Notes: generated by a model not told the origin, from the sequence alone. Counted from the first letter of the stretch, positions 8,746 through 19,314 are shown. The stretch: DNA of 58,311 nucleotides from Acidimicrobiales bacterium (GCA_051011595.1 JBPCTQ010000065.1:1-58311), one strand, 5' to 3'. A program made the numbers and translations.

Positions 8746-9975
8746 ATGGCCCGACCTGCCGTGATCCTGTCCGCCGCGCTGCTCGCCGTGGTGCTCGTCG
8801 GGTGTGGCTCCGACGAGCCGAGCACCGTCACCCCCGACACCACCACTTCCGCCCCGGTGGTCGCCTCCTCCACCGTGGCGCCCACCACCCCGACCGCACC
8901 AACCACGACGACACCGCCCACCACGACGTCGCCCGACCCGGCTCCCTCGGATTTCTCGGCCGTGTCGCCCATCGTGGCTGATTTCGTCGAGCAGCGGGGA
9001 CTCAACGGTGCCGGGCTGATCGTGGTGCACCGCGATCACGGGGTCCTGCACCACGAGCACTGGGGCGAGTTCGACGAGGACCGCATCTCGCTGATCGCAT
9101 CGTCGTCGAAGATGATCTCGGCCGGGGTGCTGCTGCATCTCCAGGATGAGGGGCTCCTCGACATCGACGCGCCGGTCGGCGACGTGGCCCCTTGGGGTGC
9201 GGGGAACCCCGACATCACCCCGGCCCAGCTGGTCTCCAACAGCTCGGGCCTGGTGGGTCTCGGGCCCGACGTGCTCTACGGGCCCTACCTCTGCCAGTTC
9301 GGTCCCACCTTCGTGCTCCAGGAATGTGCCGAGGCGATCTTCACGGCGGCCGGCGACGACGCCGACATCATTCCCCCCGACTCGGCGTTCCGCTACGGCG
9401 GGGCCCAGTGGCAGGTCGCCGGCGCGGTGGCCGAGGCCGCATCGGGCCAGACGTGGGCGGAGCTCATCGAAGAGATCTACGTCGAACCGTGTGAGCTCGA
9501 TGCCCTGGCGTTCAACAACCCGTTCCTCCCGCTCGGATCCGACGGCGGCGGCTACCCCAGCGCCTTCGATGCCGATCCGGCCACCCTGCCCGACACCGAC
9601 AATCCCAACATCGAAGGCGGCGCCTACGTCACCACCGGTGACTACGGCAAGCTCTTGTTGATGCAGCTCCGTGACGGGATGTGCGGCGACCACCAGGTGT
9701 TGTCGGCCGAGGCCGTCGACCGGATGCACGACGATCGCATCGGCGAGGTGTACGACGGCAACGCCGGTGATCCGTCCATGGGGTACGGCATGGGGTGGTG
9801 GGTCGACCGCGAGAGCGGGTACATCTCCGACGGCGGCGCCTTCGGCACGGTGCCCTGGCTCGATCTCGAAGACGGTTACGGCGCCTACCTGGTGATCGAA
9901 GCCGACTCCGACACCGGCGGCCAACTGGCGTCGCAACTGTTCGAGGTGATCGACGACGCGGTGAACGCCGGGTAG
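8746..9975 (+). CDS. lipoprotein, serine hydrolase of the beta-lactamase/transpeptidase-like (class C / esterase) family
   Basis: ORF track 8638..9975, trimmed to ATG 8746. Lipobox AVVLVGC. Thr/Pro-rich linker. SxxK nucleophile motif (ASSSKM) within LIVVHRDHGVLHHEHWG...SSSKMISAGVLL. Confidence 0.85.
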   Translation: MARPAVILSAALLAVVLVGCGSDEPSTVTPDTTTSAPVVASSTVAPTTPTAPTTTTPPTTTSPDPAPSDFSAVSPIVADFVEQRGLNGAGLIVVHRDHGVLHHEHWGEFDEDRISLIASSSKMISAGVLLHLQDEGLLDIDAPVGDVAPWGAGNPDITPAQLVSNSSGLVGLGPDVLYGPYLCQFGPTFVLQECAEAIFTAAGDDADIIPPDSAFRYGGAQWQVAGAVAEAASGQTWAELIEEIYVEPCELDALAFNNPFLPLGSDGGGYPSAFDADPATLPDTDNPNIEGGAYVTTGDYGKLLLMQLRDGMCGDHQVLSAEAVDRMHDDRIGEVYDGNAGDPSMGYGMGWWVDRESGYISDGGAFGTVPWLDLEDGYGAYLVIEADSDTGGQLASQLFEVIDDAVNAG

Positions 9976-10035
9976 ATCCGGCTGGCCTCGGCGGCCTGCT
10001 GGACGTCAATTTCGGTCCTCGGCGACGGATAGCGT

Positions 10036-11094
10036 GTGCAGATGACGGACGCTGGCGAGGACCCGCAGGTCCAGAAACCGAACCGCAAGCGGGCCATCAT
10101 CACCATCGGCATCGCCCTGGTGGTCGTGGTGATCGTCTTCGGCGTGATCTTCCCCCAGCTGGTCGACTGGGATCTGGTTCTCGAGGCCATCCGTGGCCTC
10201 GAGACCGTCGACATCGTCATCATCGTCGCACTGGGCCTGGTCCGGTACGTTCCGGCCGGGTGGATCTACTCCCTCGTGTTGCCGGGATTGTCGCTGTGGC
10301 GGGGCATCAGGGCGTGGGTGGCGACCACCGGCGTCGGATCAACCCTCCCGGGCTTCGACCTCGTGCTCCGACTCGGCATGTACAACAGCTGGGGATTTCC
10401 CATCGAACGGGCCACGTCAGGGATGTTCCTCAGTGGCATCGTCGAGATGTCGACCAAACTGGCCTTGGCCGTGCTGGCCGTCGGCGTCTGGGCGGTGTTC
10501 ACCTTCGACGACGACCTGCTGATCGTTGCCATCATCGGTGCCGCCGTACTCGGCGGCGCCGGGATGCTCGTCGCCGGCGTGCTGCGTTCCGAGGAGCGGG
10601 CCCGGTCGTTCGGCCGGTTGGTCGAACGGATGGTCAAATGGGGCTACTCGAAGTTCGCCCGCCAGGCTCCCGCCGACCTCGTCGACCGTATCCTCGACGT
10701 CCGCATCGAAGCCCGCGAGGTGCTCGGCCGACGCTGGCCCCAGGCCTTCCTCGCCGCCGGGCTGGCCCAGGCCACCGTGTTCGCGCTCTTGTTGTACTCG
10801 CTGCGCGCGGTCGGCGTCGACAGCGACGTGCTGGCGTGGCAGCAGATCCTCCTGGCCCAAGCGCTCGTCACCCTGATCACCACGATCCCGATCACCCCTG
10901 GCAGCGTCGGCGTCGCCGAGTTGGTGTTCGTCGCCATCTTCTCGGCCATGGCCGGGGACGAGCACCGAGAACTGATCACGGCGGGGGTGGTCGTGTACCG
11001 CTTGGCGCTGTGGCTGCTGCCCATCCCCATCGGCTGGGCGGTTGCGTTGCGCTGGCAGTCCACGTCAGGCCAGCGGCTCTTCGGCTCCCGCTGA
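10036..11094 (+). CDS. flippase-like / lysylphosphatidylglycerol-synthase transmembrane-region family (UPF0104) membrane protein
   Basis: ORF track 352 aa. Multiple hydrophobic helices. The C-terminal ITPGSVGVAELVFVAIF...YRLALWLLPIPIGW pattern is typical of this family. The start may be ATG 10042. Confidence 0.7.
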   Translation: MQMTDAGEDPQVQKPNRKRAIITIGIALVVVVIVFGVIFPQLVDWDLVLEAIRGLETVDIVIIVALGLVRYVPAGWIYSLVLPGLSLWRGIRAWVATTGVGSTLPGFDLVLRLGMYNSWGFPIERATSGMFLSGIVEMSTKLALAVLAVGVWAVFTFDDDLLIVAIIGAAVLGGAGMLVAGVLRSEERARSFGRLVERMVKWGYSKFARQAPADLVDRILDVRIEAREVLGRRWPQAFLAAGLAQATVFALLLYSLRAVGVDSDVLAWQQILLAQALVTLITTIPITPGSVGVAELVFVAIFSAMAGDEHRELITAGVVVYRLALWLLPIPIGWAVALRWQSTSGQRLFGSR

Positions 11095-11139
11095 CGGTCT
11101 CGTCGCTCCGAGACCACCGCCGCGTGCCAGGCTGACCGG

Positions 11140-13065
11140 ATGGGAGCCGTCAGCCGCATCGTCGTCTATGTCCTACTCACCGTCGGTTCGGCTTGGCTGG
11201 CCCGACGGCTCCTCGGTGCTCACCGCGTGACGCGTGTGCGTGCCCTGATGGCCGGCGTGGGCGGTTGTATTGCAGGCGCGGCGCTGGCGGGCGGTGTTCA
11301 CCGGTGGGGGGCTGAGGACGATGGGTCGGTGGCCGGGGTGGCCGTCATCACGGCGCTGCTGGTGGCCATGGGGTTGGTCGTGGCCTTCCAGCTGATGAGC
11401 CGACCCCGTCCGGCCGGGCATCGGCGACGACGCAACGGCCCGCTCGAGACCTGGCGCGTGTCGCGTCGCAGTGCGGAGGTCGTCGGCATCGCCGTCCAGC
11501 ACGGCCTCGGCCCTCACCTCGGCCGACGGGGCGACAACCACCGCCCGCCGGCGGGTGCACAGCTGCGCGGTGCCCTCGAAGAGGCTGGGGTGGTCTTCGT
11601 GAAGTTCGGCCAACTACTTGCCGCGCGGCCCGATCTGGTGGGATCGGCCATCGCCGAGGAGCTCAGTGGTCTCCGACACCAGGTTGCGGCGCTTCCGCGG
11701 GACGTCATGCAAGCCGAGTTGCGCCGAGCGCTGCCCGAAGCCGACGAACTGTTCTCGTCCATCGACTGGGAACCGCTCGGTTCGGCGTCGATCGCGCAGG
11801 TGTACCGGGCCACGATGACCGATGGCGCCGAGGTGGTGATCAAGATCCGTCGTCCCGGGATCGTCGCGGAGGTCGAGCGCGACGGCCAGGTGGCACGCCA
11901 CCTCAGCGGAGTGGTCGAGCGCCACAGCGCATGGGCTCGGTCGGTCGGGATGGCCGACCTCGCCTCCGCCTTCGTGGACGATCTCATCGAAGAACTCGAC
12001 TACCAACTCGAGGCGAGGGCAACGGTGGAGATCGGTGAGTCGTTCGCCGGCACGGACATCGGCGTGCCGGGCATCATCGCCGACCACTGCACCGACGATG
12101 TGCTGGTCATGGATCGTGTTCCCGGCCGGCCGCTGGCCGACACCGACCTCGGCCATCTCGACCGAGAGCGCCGCCGAGCCGAGGCGACGGCGCTCGTCGG
12201 CGCCAACGTGGGCGCCATGCTCAGCGGGGCGAGGTTCCATGCCGACCTCCACCCGGGCAATGTGATGATCACCGAGACCGGCGCGGTGTCCGTGATCGAC
12301 TGCGGCGCCACCGGCACCCTCGATGCCGGCGAACAGACGTCGCTCGGCAACCTGCTGCTGGGTCTTCGCCTCCGCGAGCCGACCATGCTGCGTGACGCGC
12401 TTCTCGGGGTGGCTGACCAGCAGGGAACCCTCGACACCGCCCGCCTCGACCGGGCGCTGGCCCACCTGCTCACCGAGCACCTCACCGACGACGAGAACAT
12501 CGGCCCCGACGCCGTCGTCGAGTTGCTCCGCATCATGTCCGATCATCAACTGCGGCTGCCGGCTTCGGCCAGCGCCATGTTCCGGGGCCTGGTCACAGTG
12601 CTCGACTCACTCGAAGTGCTCGTACCGGACTTCCCGGTACTCGATGCCATCGAGGCGGTCGGTGACGTGCAGTCGCCGGTTCCCGAGAATCTCGACGACT
12701 TCACCGAGCTGGCCAAGGAGGAGACCCTCAAGTTGCTCCCGCTGCTGCGCCGCGCACCGCGCCTCGTCGACTCGGTCGTGACCACTATCGACCGGGGCGA
12801 TCTGACGATCCGGGTGCGGCTGTTCTCGCACACCGAGGACGCCCGCATCGTGACCGGCCTGGTGAACCGGGCGGTGCTGGCCTTCGTGGCCGGCATTCTG
12901 GGCATCGTCTCGACCATGCTGCTCAGCCTGGATCGCGGGCCGTACATCCGCACCGACCTGTCGCTCTACGACCTCATCGCCGGCATCGGGTTGCTCGCCG
13001 GCGCAGTCCTGATCATGCGGGTGATCATGGAGACTCTCGAAGACGACCCAGATCCGCGCCGTTGA
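11140..13065 (+). CDS. ABC1/UbiB-family atypical protein kinase with N- and C-terminal TM helices
   Basis: ORF track 641 aa. Family motifs: FVKFGQLLAARPDL, EPLGSASIAQVYRA, VVIKIRRPGI, FHADLHPGNVMI. Confidence 0.85.
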   Translation: MGAVSRIVVYVLLTVGSAWLARRLLGAHRVTRVRALMAGVGGCIAGAALAGGVHRWGAEDDGSVAGVAVITALLVAMGLVVAFQLMSRPRPAGHRRRRNGPLETWRVSRRSAEVVGIAVQHGLGPHLGRRGDNHRPPAGAQLRGALEEAGVVFVKFGQLLAARPDLVGSAIAEELSGLRHQVAALPRDVMQAELRRALPEADELFSSIDWEPLGSASIAQVYRATMTDGAEVVIKIRRPGIVAEVERDGQVARHLSGVVERHSAWARSVGMADLASAFVDDLIEELDYQLEARATVEIGESFAGTDIGVPGIIADHCTDDVLVMDRVPGRPLADTDLGHLDRERRRAEATALVGANVGAMLSGARFHADLHPGNVMITETGAVSVIDCGATGTLDAGEQTSLGNLLLGLRLREPTMLRDALLGVADQQGTLDTARLDRALAHLLTEHLTDDENIGPDAVVELLRIMSDHQLRLPASASAMFRGLVTVLDSLEVLVPDFPVLDAIEAVGDVQSPVPENLDDFTELAKEETLKLLPLLRRAPRLVDSVVTTIDRGDLTIRVRLFSHTEDARIVTGLVNRAVLAFVAGILGIVSTMLLSLDRGPYIRTDLSLYDLIAGIGLLAGAVLIMRVIMETLEDDPDPRR

Positions 13066-13077
13066 CCCTCGGGAACT

Positions 13078-13101
13078 ACCCGGCCACCGGATCTGCCGGG
13101 T
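13078..13101. terminator. candidate bidirectional hairpin between convergent genes
   Basis: ACCCGGC-N10-GCCGGGT (7-bp stem) in the 45-nt gap between the UbiB stop and the ADH stop. No U tract. Confidence 0.3.
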
Positions 13102-13110
13102 CGGAGCTGC

Positions 13111-14124
13111 TCAGGGGGTGAGGATGATCTTGCCTCGCGCCCGGCCTCGGGTCATGTAGTCCATGGCCTCGGCGGCCTGCGCCAGCGGAAAGGTCCGATC
13201 GACGATGGGTGTCAGCCCCTGCGCCTCGATGATCTCGGTCAAGACCGCCAGCGGGTCGTCGGTTTTGGCTGCCACGCGGACCTTCAGCTGCTTGTTGAAC
13301 GGCGCCAACACCACCAGTTTGAGGAATCCCGACAGCGACCCGATCCACCGGTTGGCTCCTTCCCCGAACTGATCGTGTCCGATCAGCACGTACCGACCTT
13401 CGGGGGTGAGCGCCCGCCGGTAGTCCGACCACGACCGATTGCCGGGGATGTCGACGATGACGTCGTAGCGCTGGCCTTCGTCCGTGAAATCGTTGGTGGT
13501 GTAGTCGATGACATGGTCGGCTCCGACCGCACGAACGGTGTCGAGTTTGTCGCCCGTGTCGACACCGGTGACTTCGGCGCCGTACCACTTGGCCAGTTGC
13601 ACGGCGAACGTGCCGACACCACCCCCGGCACCGTTGACCAGCACCCGCTGACCGGCCGTGACCTCACCCTCGTCGTGGACCCCCTGGAGTGCGATGTAGC
13701 CGGATGACGGTACGGCGGCAGCCTGCTCGAAGGAGATGACGGCAGGTTTGTGCGCCAGAGCCTCAGCCGGCACGGCCACCAACTCGGCATAGGCACCACC
13801 GTGGTGCCACTGGTGGCCTTGGACCGTCTCGCCGTACACCTCGTCGCCCGGTGCGAAGTGGGTGACCTTTGACCCCACCACCTCCACTACGCCGGCCATG
13901 TCGGTACCCGGGATCGGGTTCTTGGGGCGGCGCACACCAGCTCCCATGAGACGCAGCATGTGGGGTCGCCCGGTCACGACGTGCCACACATCGGGATGCA
14001 CCGATGCCGCCCGTACCCGCACCAGTACCTCGTCGTCACCCACCTGCGGCGGGGCCACGTCGGCCAGCTCGAGCACGTCGGCCGGAGGGCCGTAGCCCCG
14101 GCACACCACTGCCTTCATACGCAC
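13111..14124 (-). CDS. NAD(P)-dependent medium-chain (zinc-type) alcohol dehydrogenase / quinone oxidoreductase family
   Basis: ORF track 337 aa. MKAVVCRGYGPP...VLVRVRAASV...VLVNGAGGGVGTFAVQLAK Rossmann motif. Confidence 0.85.
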   Translation of the reverse strand: MRMKAVVCRGYGPPADVLELADVAPPQVGDDEVLVRVRAASVHPDVWHVVTGRPHMLRLMGAGVRRPKNPIPGTDMAGVVEVVGSKVTHFAPGDEVYGETVQGHQWHHGGAYAELVAVPAEALAHKPAVISFEQAAAVPSSGYIALQGVHDEGEVTAGQRVLVNGAGGGVGTFAVQLAKWYGAEVTGVDTGDKLDTVRAVGADHVIDYTTNDFTDEGQRYDVIVDIPGNRSWSDYRRALTPEGRYVLIGHDQFGEGANRWIGSLSGFLKLVVLAPFNKQLKVRVAAKTDDPLAVLTEIIEAQGLTPIVDRTFPLAQAAEAMDYMTRGRARGKIILTP

Positions 14125-14170
14125 ATTCTTACCCTCGAGATCACTCGCCGCGCCCCGCCGCTATCGTGTC

Positions 14171-15031
14171 GTGCCGATGAGCAAGCGAACCGGTAGTGGA
14201 CGAAACCCAGAGCCCATCTCGGAGAAGACGGCGGCCGAGCTCGACATCGTCTCCTCCGTCGACGGCCCCATCCGCGATCTCGCCCCGCTGCGTCGCTCGC
14301 TGCTCTTCGCCGAGGTCTCGATGTTGTCGTACCTGCCCGACGTCGAGGCTCAGCCGGTGTTCGGCGACCTCGGCTTCTCCGAGATTCGTTACCTCGAACG
14401 AGACGGCGCCCAGGCCTACGAGCTGGGCAACGACGAAGACGTGTTGATCGTGTGCCGGGGCACCGAACCCAACGAGTGGAACGACATCCGGGCCGACGCC
14501 AACGCGCTGACCGATCTGTCCGAGACGATCGGCCGTGTTCATCGAGGATTCAAACGTGAGGTCGACGACATCTGGCCCGAACTCGAGGACACGCTCAGCG
14601 ACGAGGACCGCAACGTGTGGTTCGCCGGCCACTCACTCGGCGGCGCCATGGCCACCATCCTGGCCGGACGTTGCGAACTGTCGGCCATCGCCGCCGTGCC
14701 GGTCGAGGTGATCACCTTCGGGAGTCCCCGGGTGGGCACCAAACGCTACGTACAACACGCCAAGATCACCCACGTGCGTTGGGTCAACAACAACGACATC
14801 GTCACTCGGGTGCCGCCCACCTGGCTGCGCTACCGCCACACCGGCACCCGCATGTATCTCAACCGCAACGGCCAACTACGCCAGTTCACCCCTCAGCAGC
14901 GGGCCAAGGACCGGTGGGCCGGATTCGTCGACGGCATCAAGAACCGCCGTTTCGACCACTTCAGCGACCACGGGATCGCCAACTACGTGGACTACCTCGT
15001 GGCCCTCAACGACAGGGCCGACGCCGGCTAG
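14171..15031 (+). CDS. class 3 (fungal-type) lipase family protein
   Basis: ORF track 286 aa. IVCRGTE..., nucleophile elbow FAGHSLGGAMA, then NNNDIVTRVP. The start may be ATG 14177. Confidence 0.8.
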   Translation: MPMSKRTGSGRNPEPISEKTAAELDIVSSVDGPIRDLAPLRRSLLFAEVSMLSYLPDVEAQPVFGDLGFSEIRYLERDGAQAYELGNDEDVLIVCRGTEPNEWNDIRADANALTDLSETIGRVHRGFKREVDDIWPELEDTLSDEDRNVWFAGHSLGGAMATILAGRCELSAIAAVPVEVITFGSPRVGTKRYVQHAKITHVRWVNNNDIVTRVPPTWLRYRHTGTRMYLNRNGQLRQFTPQQRAKDRWAGFVDGIKNRRFDHFSDHGIANYVDYLVALNDRADAG

Positions 15032-15933
15032 ATCGGCATCCCGTGGTGGGGCGGCACATCGCGGTCGGCAATGGCATCGGCCCGGCGGTGTAAGAGCTCG
15101 ACGGTGTCGCGCAGATCCATGGTGATGATGAACCGACGGGCCGCGGTCTCGTCGACCACGAAGTCGCCCAAGCCGTCGAGGTCGGCCTCGGTGACGTCTC
15201 GCCCCGCCTGTTCGAGCATGGTCTTCATCTCGTCGAAGGTCATGCTCTTGCGACCCGTCCCCTCCCCCACTCGCTGAAGGTTCTCGGGGCGGTTGCGGCT
15301 GGCCGTGAACAGGCCGGTGCGCAACAGGCCACCCGACGGATAGAACACCGACGCTCGGAGCTGAGTGTCCTCGGAGACCAGGTTGTGGTGCAGGGCCTCG
15401 GTGAAACAACTGACCGCGGCCTTGGATGCCGCGTACACCGAGGCGGTGGGTACGGGGGCGAAGCCGCCGTCACCCGACGAGGTGTTGACGATCTGACCGG
15501 GTTCGGCCCCCTCGAGCATCCGGGGGACGAACTCGCTGACACAGATGGCGGTGCCGAAGACGTTGACACCAAAACACCATCGCCAGTCGTTCGGTTCTTG
15601 TTGCCACGGTTTGCCGCCGCCACCCGAGGTGACACCGGCGTTGTTGTAGAGCAGGTTGCACCGACCGTGGGTGTCGTACACGTGATCGGCCAACACCTTC
15701 ACCGACGTCTCGTCGGTGATGTCGGTCAACCAGCCACTCACCGGCCCGAGCGGCGCCAGCTCGGCCACCGCCTCGTCGAGGGCGCCTTGTTCGACATCGG
15801 CGATGATCACGGTGCTGCCGCGGCGCAACAAGGCGCCCACGATGCCCTTGCCGATGCCGCCGGCACCGCCCGTGACGACCGAGACGGTGCCGTCGATGCT
15901 GATGTCGGCAATGGTGTCGTCGTTGTCGCTCAC
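15028..15933 (-). CDS. short-chain dehydrogenase/reductase (SDR)
   Basis: C-terminal 301 aa of ORF track 15028..16521. TGGAGGIGKG cofactor motif, NNAG, and the S...YAASK catalytic triad region. The GTG start at 15933 overlaps the TGA of the upstream amidohydrolase (GTGA). Confidence 0.85.
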   Translation of the reverse strand: MSDNDDTIADISIDGTVSVVTGGAGGIGKGIVGALLRRGSTVIIADVEQGALDEAVAELAPLGPVSGWLTDITDETSVKVLADHVYDTHGRCNLLYNNAGVTSGGGGKPWQQEPNDWRWCFGVNVFGTAICVSEFVPRMLEGAEPGQIVNTSSGDGGFAPVPTASVYAASKAAVSCFTEALHHNLVSEDTQLRASVFYPSGGLLRTGLFTASRNRPENLQRVGEGTGRKSMTFDEMKTMLEQAGRDVTEADLDGLGDFVVDETAARRFIITMDLRDTVELLHRRADAIADRDVPPHHGMPI

Positions 15934-17237
15934 GCGACCTCCTGCACCTGGTTGAGCGGGTTCATACCGGGGCACCCCTTGGCCCGTTCGGGGATCTCGC
16001 CGTACTCGATGGGCGAGGCGACGAACTCCTTGGTGGGGCAGTACTTCTCGGCGTAGGGAGCCAGCGCATCCAGGTCGAAGTTGTACACCTTGGCCGCATT
16101 GGTGGTGAGCAACGTGGTGGTCTCCTCCACGGTCATCTCGGCAAAGGTGAGCCGGAGGTGTTCGTGGGTGTGGGGGTACGACCCCTCGATGTGGGGGTAG
16201 TCGCTGCCCCACATGATGCGATCGACACCGACACCACGAGCCGATTCGACCTCGGCCGGCCGCAGGAACGACGCCCCGATGTAGCACTGCCGTTGGAAGT
16301 ACTCGGTCGGGGTGAGCGACATCTGGGCCACCGCCTGGCCACCGAAGATCGACTCCGAGCCGTACTTGGAGTACTTCATCCGGTGATAGAAGCTGTCGAG
16401 CTTGGCCAGAGTGTCGGGGACCCAGGCCGTGCCGGTCTCGGTGATCACATACGGCATGTCGGGGTGCCGTTCGAACACACCCGAGAACATCAGGTGCCAG
16501 AGGGCCCGCTGAGTCCACCACTGCACCTCGAGCATGAACATGGCCAACGACGCCGGGAAGTGCTCGCCGAAGTTGGGAGATGCACCACCGGCATGGTGGT
16601 TGAGGGGCATCCCTGCGGCGGCCGCGGCCGCCCAGATGGGTTCGTAGGTGGCCGAGTACAACGGCTCGAACGGCGAATCAGGTGGTGCCCCGGGCACGAG
16701 CACACCACCGCGAAGACCCTGCTCGGCCGCCCACTCGATCTCGGCCACCGAACCCTCGACGTCGCCCAGGAAGATCTGGATGATGCCGGCCCGACGAGCC
16801 GGCGCGTCGCTGACGAAGTCGGCCAGCCAGCGGTTGTGGGCCTTGAGACCGGCCCACCGGTGTTCGAAGTTGTCGGAATAGGGCGGGGCCTCGAACGAGG
16901 TGGCCGCCGGCGGCGAGAACGGCGGCTGGGTGTTGGGGAACAGCACCGCCGCCACCACCCCGTCTTCTTCTTGTTCGCGAAGCCGCTGCTCGGAGGAGGA
17001 GTTCCGATACCCGAACTCATCGGGGTCACCATCGACCCCGACCTCGAGGGGCGAACGCTCCATGCCACTGAACAAGGCCTTGCGGCGCTCGTTGTCGTCG
17101 GCCATGAACGCGGCCCAGTCGTCGAACTCGGAGTGGTACTTCGATTCGAGGTAGGGCCGGTACCCGAGCAGCTCGGCGCCACAGTGGGTGTCGGCACTGA
17201 TGACGATGTGTTTGTCGGTCACGCTCAGCCCTTCCAT
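15930..17237 (-). CDS. amidohydrolase-2 (ACMSD/metal-dependent hydrolase, PF04909-like) family protein
   Basis: ORF track 435 aa. N-terminal VISADTHCG metal-binding HxH-like motif, and the WGSDYPHIEGS C-terminal motif. Confidence 0.85.
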   Translation of the reverse strand: MEGLSVTDKHIVISADTHCGAELLGYRPYLESKYHSEFDDWAAFMADDNERRKALFSGMERSPLEVGVDGDPDEFGYRNSSSEQRLREQEEDGVVAAVLFPNTQPPFSPPAATSFEAPPYSDNFEHRWAGLKAHNRWLADFVSDAPARRAGIIQIFLGDVEGSVAEIEWAAEQGLRGGVLVPGAPPDSPFEPLYSATYEPIWAAAAAAGMPLNHHAGGASPNFGEHFPASLAMFMLEVQWWTQRALWHLMFSGVFERHPDMPYVITETGTAWVPDTLAKLDSFYHRMKYSKYGSESIFGGQAVAQMSLTPTEYFQRQCYIGASFLRPAEVESARGVGVDRIMWGSDYPHIEGSYPHTHEHLRLTFAEMTVEETTTLLTTNAAKVYNFDLDALAPYAEKYCPTKEFVASPIEYGEIPERAKGCPGMNPLNQVQEVA

Positions 17238-18514
17238 TCGATGTTGTAGTCATCGAACCAGAATCGGGCCTCACGAATGGCGTTCTCGGGGGTGCGCATA
17301 TCGAGATCCTGGTTGAGCTGTTGGGGTGTCGGCCCGATGTCGTTGGCGATCTGGGTGAGACCATCGAGGTCGAGGTCATAACAGCGGACGGCGTTGAGCC
17401 CGAGCAGGAGACGGGTCTCCTCGACGGGAATCTGCTGGAAGTCGGTCTCGAGCCGTTCGATGGTGTTGGGCCAGGAGCCTTCGGGGTGCGGATAGTCGGT
17501 CCCCCACATCAGGGCATCGATGCCATTGACGTAACGCCGGCGGAGCTCGACCTTGCTCATGGTGGACGCCCCGATGAACACGTTGGTGCCGACGTACTCC
17601 GAGGGCAGTCGCTCAATGAGGCCCTTGGTGCGCGAGGCCATCTTCTTGACCTTCCAGTTGCGCCCCCCGAACATGGCGTCGGCCTTGAACAGCAGATCGC
17701 CGAGCCACCACGAACCACACTCGACCGGTGCGTACTTGAGGTTCGGGAACCGGTCGAACTTCCCCGAGAGCAGTAGTTGCCACAGCGGTCGGTGGGTCCA
17801 GAACGCGACCTCCAACATGTACTGGGCCATGTTCTCGTTGTAGGCCTCGGTGTCGGCTTCACCCGAATGGGTGTGGACCACCAACCCGGCCTCGGCACAT
17901 GCGGCCCAGACGGGGTCGTAGCTCTCGTGGCCGTAGGAGGGATGGTCGTGCCACATGGTGGGGATCATGATCCCCTTGATGCCGGGTTTGCCGGCCAACG
18001 ATTCGATCTCGGCGACCGACTCCTCGACCCCGTGGGTGACCGGTACCAGGGCCACCCCGGCGCGCCGGGGTGGGTTGGTGGCGCAGAACTCCTCGAGCCA
18101 GCGGTTGTGGGCCCGGGCCCCGGCCCACGCCAGTTTGGGATCGGTGATGGCACCGGCGCTGAGCCCGGCGCCGAACGGGGGTGATTCCATTCCGGTGACG
18201 GCATCCCCATCGGCGAAGATGATCTCGCCGGCCACCCCGTCGGCATCGAGGGTCTTGTCGCGGATGGCCGGGTCGTACGCACCCTTCAGGCCGATCTCGT
18301 TCTCGCGCTCCCACTGCTCGACGTACTCACCGTTCATCTCCTCGACCATGGCCCGATGCTCGTGGCGAACACCCAGCCACTCGTCGAACTCGGTGTGAAC
18401 CGCCGAGTCGAGGTACTCGCGATAGTCCTCGACGAACAGACCGGCGTGGGTGTCCGAGGACACGATGATGTACGGGTTGTCGCTGGTGTCGACACCCTCG
18501 AGGGGATTCGGCAT
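17225..18514 (-). CDS. amidohydrolase-2 family protein (paralog of 15930..17237)
   Basis: ORF track 429 aa. IVSSDTHAG and WGTDYPHPEGS motifs. The 13-nt overlap with the downstream paralog suggests one operon. Confidence 0.85.
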   Translation of the reverse strand: MPNPLEGVDTSDNPYIIVSSDTHAGLFVEDYREYLDSAVHTEFDEWLGVRHEHRAMVEEMNGEYVEQWERENEIGLKGAYDPAIRDKTLDADGVAGEIIFADGDAVTGMESPPFGAGLSAGAITDPKLAWAGARAHNRWLEEFCATNPPRRAGVALVPVTHGVEESVAEIESLAGKPGIKGIMIPTMWHDHPSYGHESYDPVWAACAEAGLVVHTHSGEADTEAYNENMAQYMLEVAFWTHRPLWQLLLSGKFDRFPNLKYAPVECGSWWLGDLLFKADAMFGGRNWKVKKMASRTKGLIERLPSEYVGTNVFIGASTMSKVELRRRYVNGIDALMWGTDYPHPEGSWPNTIERLETDFQQIPVEETRLLLGLNAVRCYDLDLDGLTQIANDIGPTPQQLNQDLDMRTPENAIREARFWFDDYNIEWKG

Positions 18515-18538
18515 GGTGGCTCCTCTTGCCAGAACTAG

Positions 18539-18568
18539 AACACTGTCGTAGTGTTACTTGCACACTGT
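18539..18568. promoter_or_regulatory. candidate TetR operator in a divergent promoter region
   Basis: AACACT-gtcgt-AGTGTT inverted repeat (18539-18555) plus a second ACACTGT copy at 18562-18568. It lies in the relatively AT-rich 123-bp gap between the amidohydrolase operon and the TetR gene. Confidence 0.4.
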
Positions 18569-18637
18569 TACAGAAGCGACGAGGCAACGCAACCCCGGTG
18601 ACCGACAGCCGCGACACCACAACCGTGAGGCACACTC

Positions 18638-19291
18638 GTGCCTAGGGCGGCCACCTCCGAAGGCACCGGGCGCCGGGTGGGGCTGGAACGAGCCGACATG
18701 GTCGCCGCGGCCGTGGCCCTGGTCGAAAAAGAAGGGCCGACCGCGCTCACCATGCGTCGCCTGGCCACCGACCTCGATGTCACCACCACCACCATCTACT
18801 GGCATGTCGGCGGGCGCGACGAGCTGGTCACCGAGATCATCCGCCATCAGGCCGAACGGCTGGCGGCCCGGCCCGTCGAGGGCGCCACCCCTCGCCACCG
18901 GGTGATGTCGGCCGCCCGACACGTCTGGGACAGCGCCTTGGAGAACCCGGCCATCACGTCGCTGGCCTACCAGACCGGCACCATCTCCCTGCTCGAACAC
19001 CCCCTCGAGCTGGCCCTGGTCCGCGAGCTGGAGGCCGCCGGTGTCACCGGCCGGCCGGCGGCTGATGCCCTGCGCAGCATCCTCACCACGGTGGGGGGTT
19101 TCCTGGTCCTTGCCCTGCGCGACGACTCGGCCATCCCCGAAGAGCGACGCAGCGCGGCGTTGTGGTCGGCCGAGCACCAAGACGTCGGGGCCGACACGTT
19201 GGCCGCCCTCACTCGACCCACCGATCTTCCCGCCTTGTTCGAAACCACGGTGCAGGCCGTGGTCGACCATCATGTGCCAGATCCCATCTGA
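18638..19291 (+). CDS. TetR/AcrR family transcriptional regulator
   Basis: ORF track 217 aa. HTH region LTMRRLATDLDVTTTTIYWHVGGRDEL. Confidence 0.85.
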   Translation: MPRAATSEGTGRRVGLERADMVAAAVALVEKEGPTALTMRRLATDLDVTTTTIYWHVGGRDELVTEIIRHQAERLAARPVEGATPRHRVMSAARHVWDSALENPAITSLAYQTGTISLLEHPLELALVRELEAAGVTGRPAADALRSILTTVGGFLVLALRDDSAIPEERRSAALWSAEHQDVGADTLAALTRPTDLPALFETTVQAVVDHHVPDPI

Positions 19292-19314
19292 CCGACCCCA
19301 CTGAGGAGCACCCC

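Noticed and set aside
15028-15031. Convergent lipase and SDR genes share the tetranucleotide CTAG as both stop codons.
   Set aside because: This is a real but trivial consequence of tight packing, with no evidence of functional significance.
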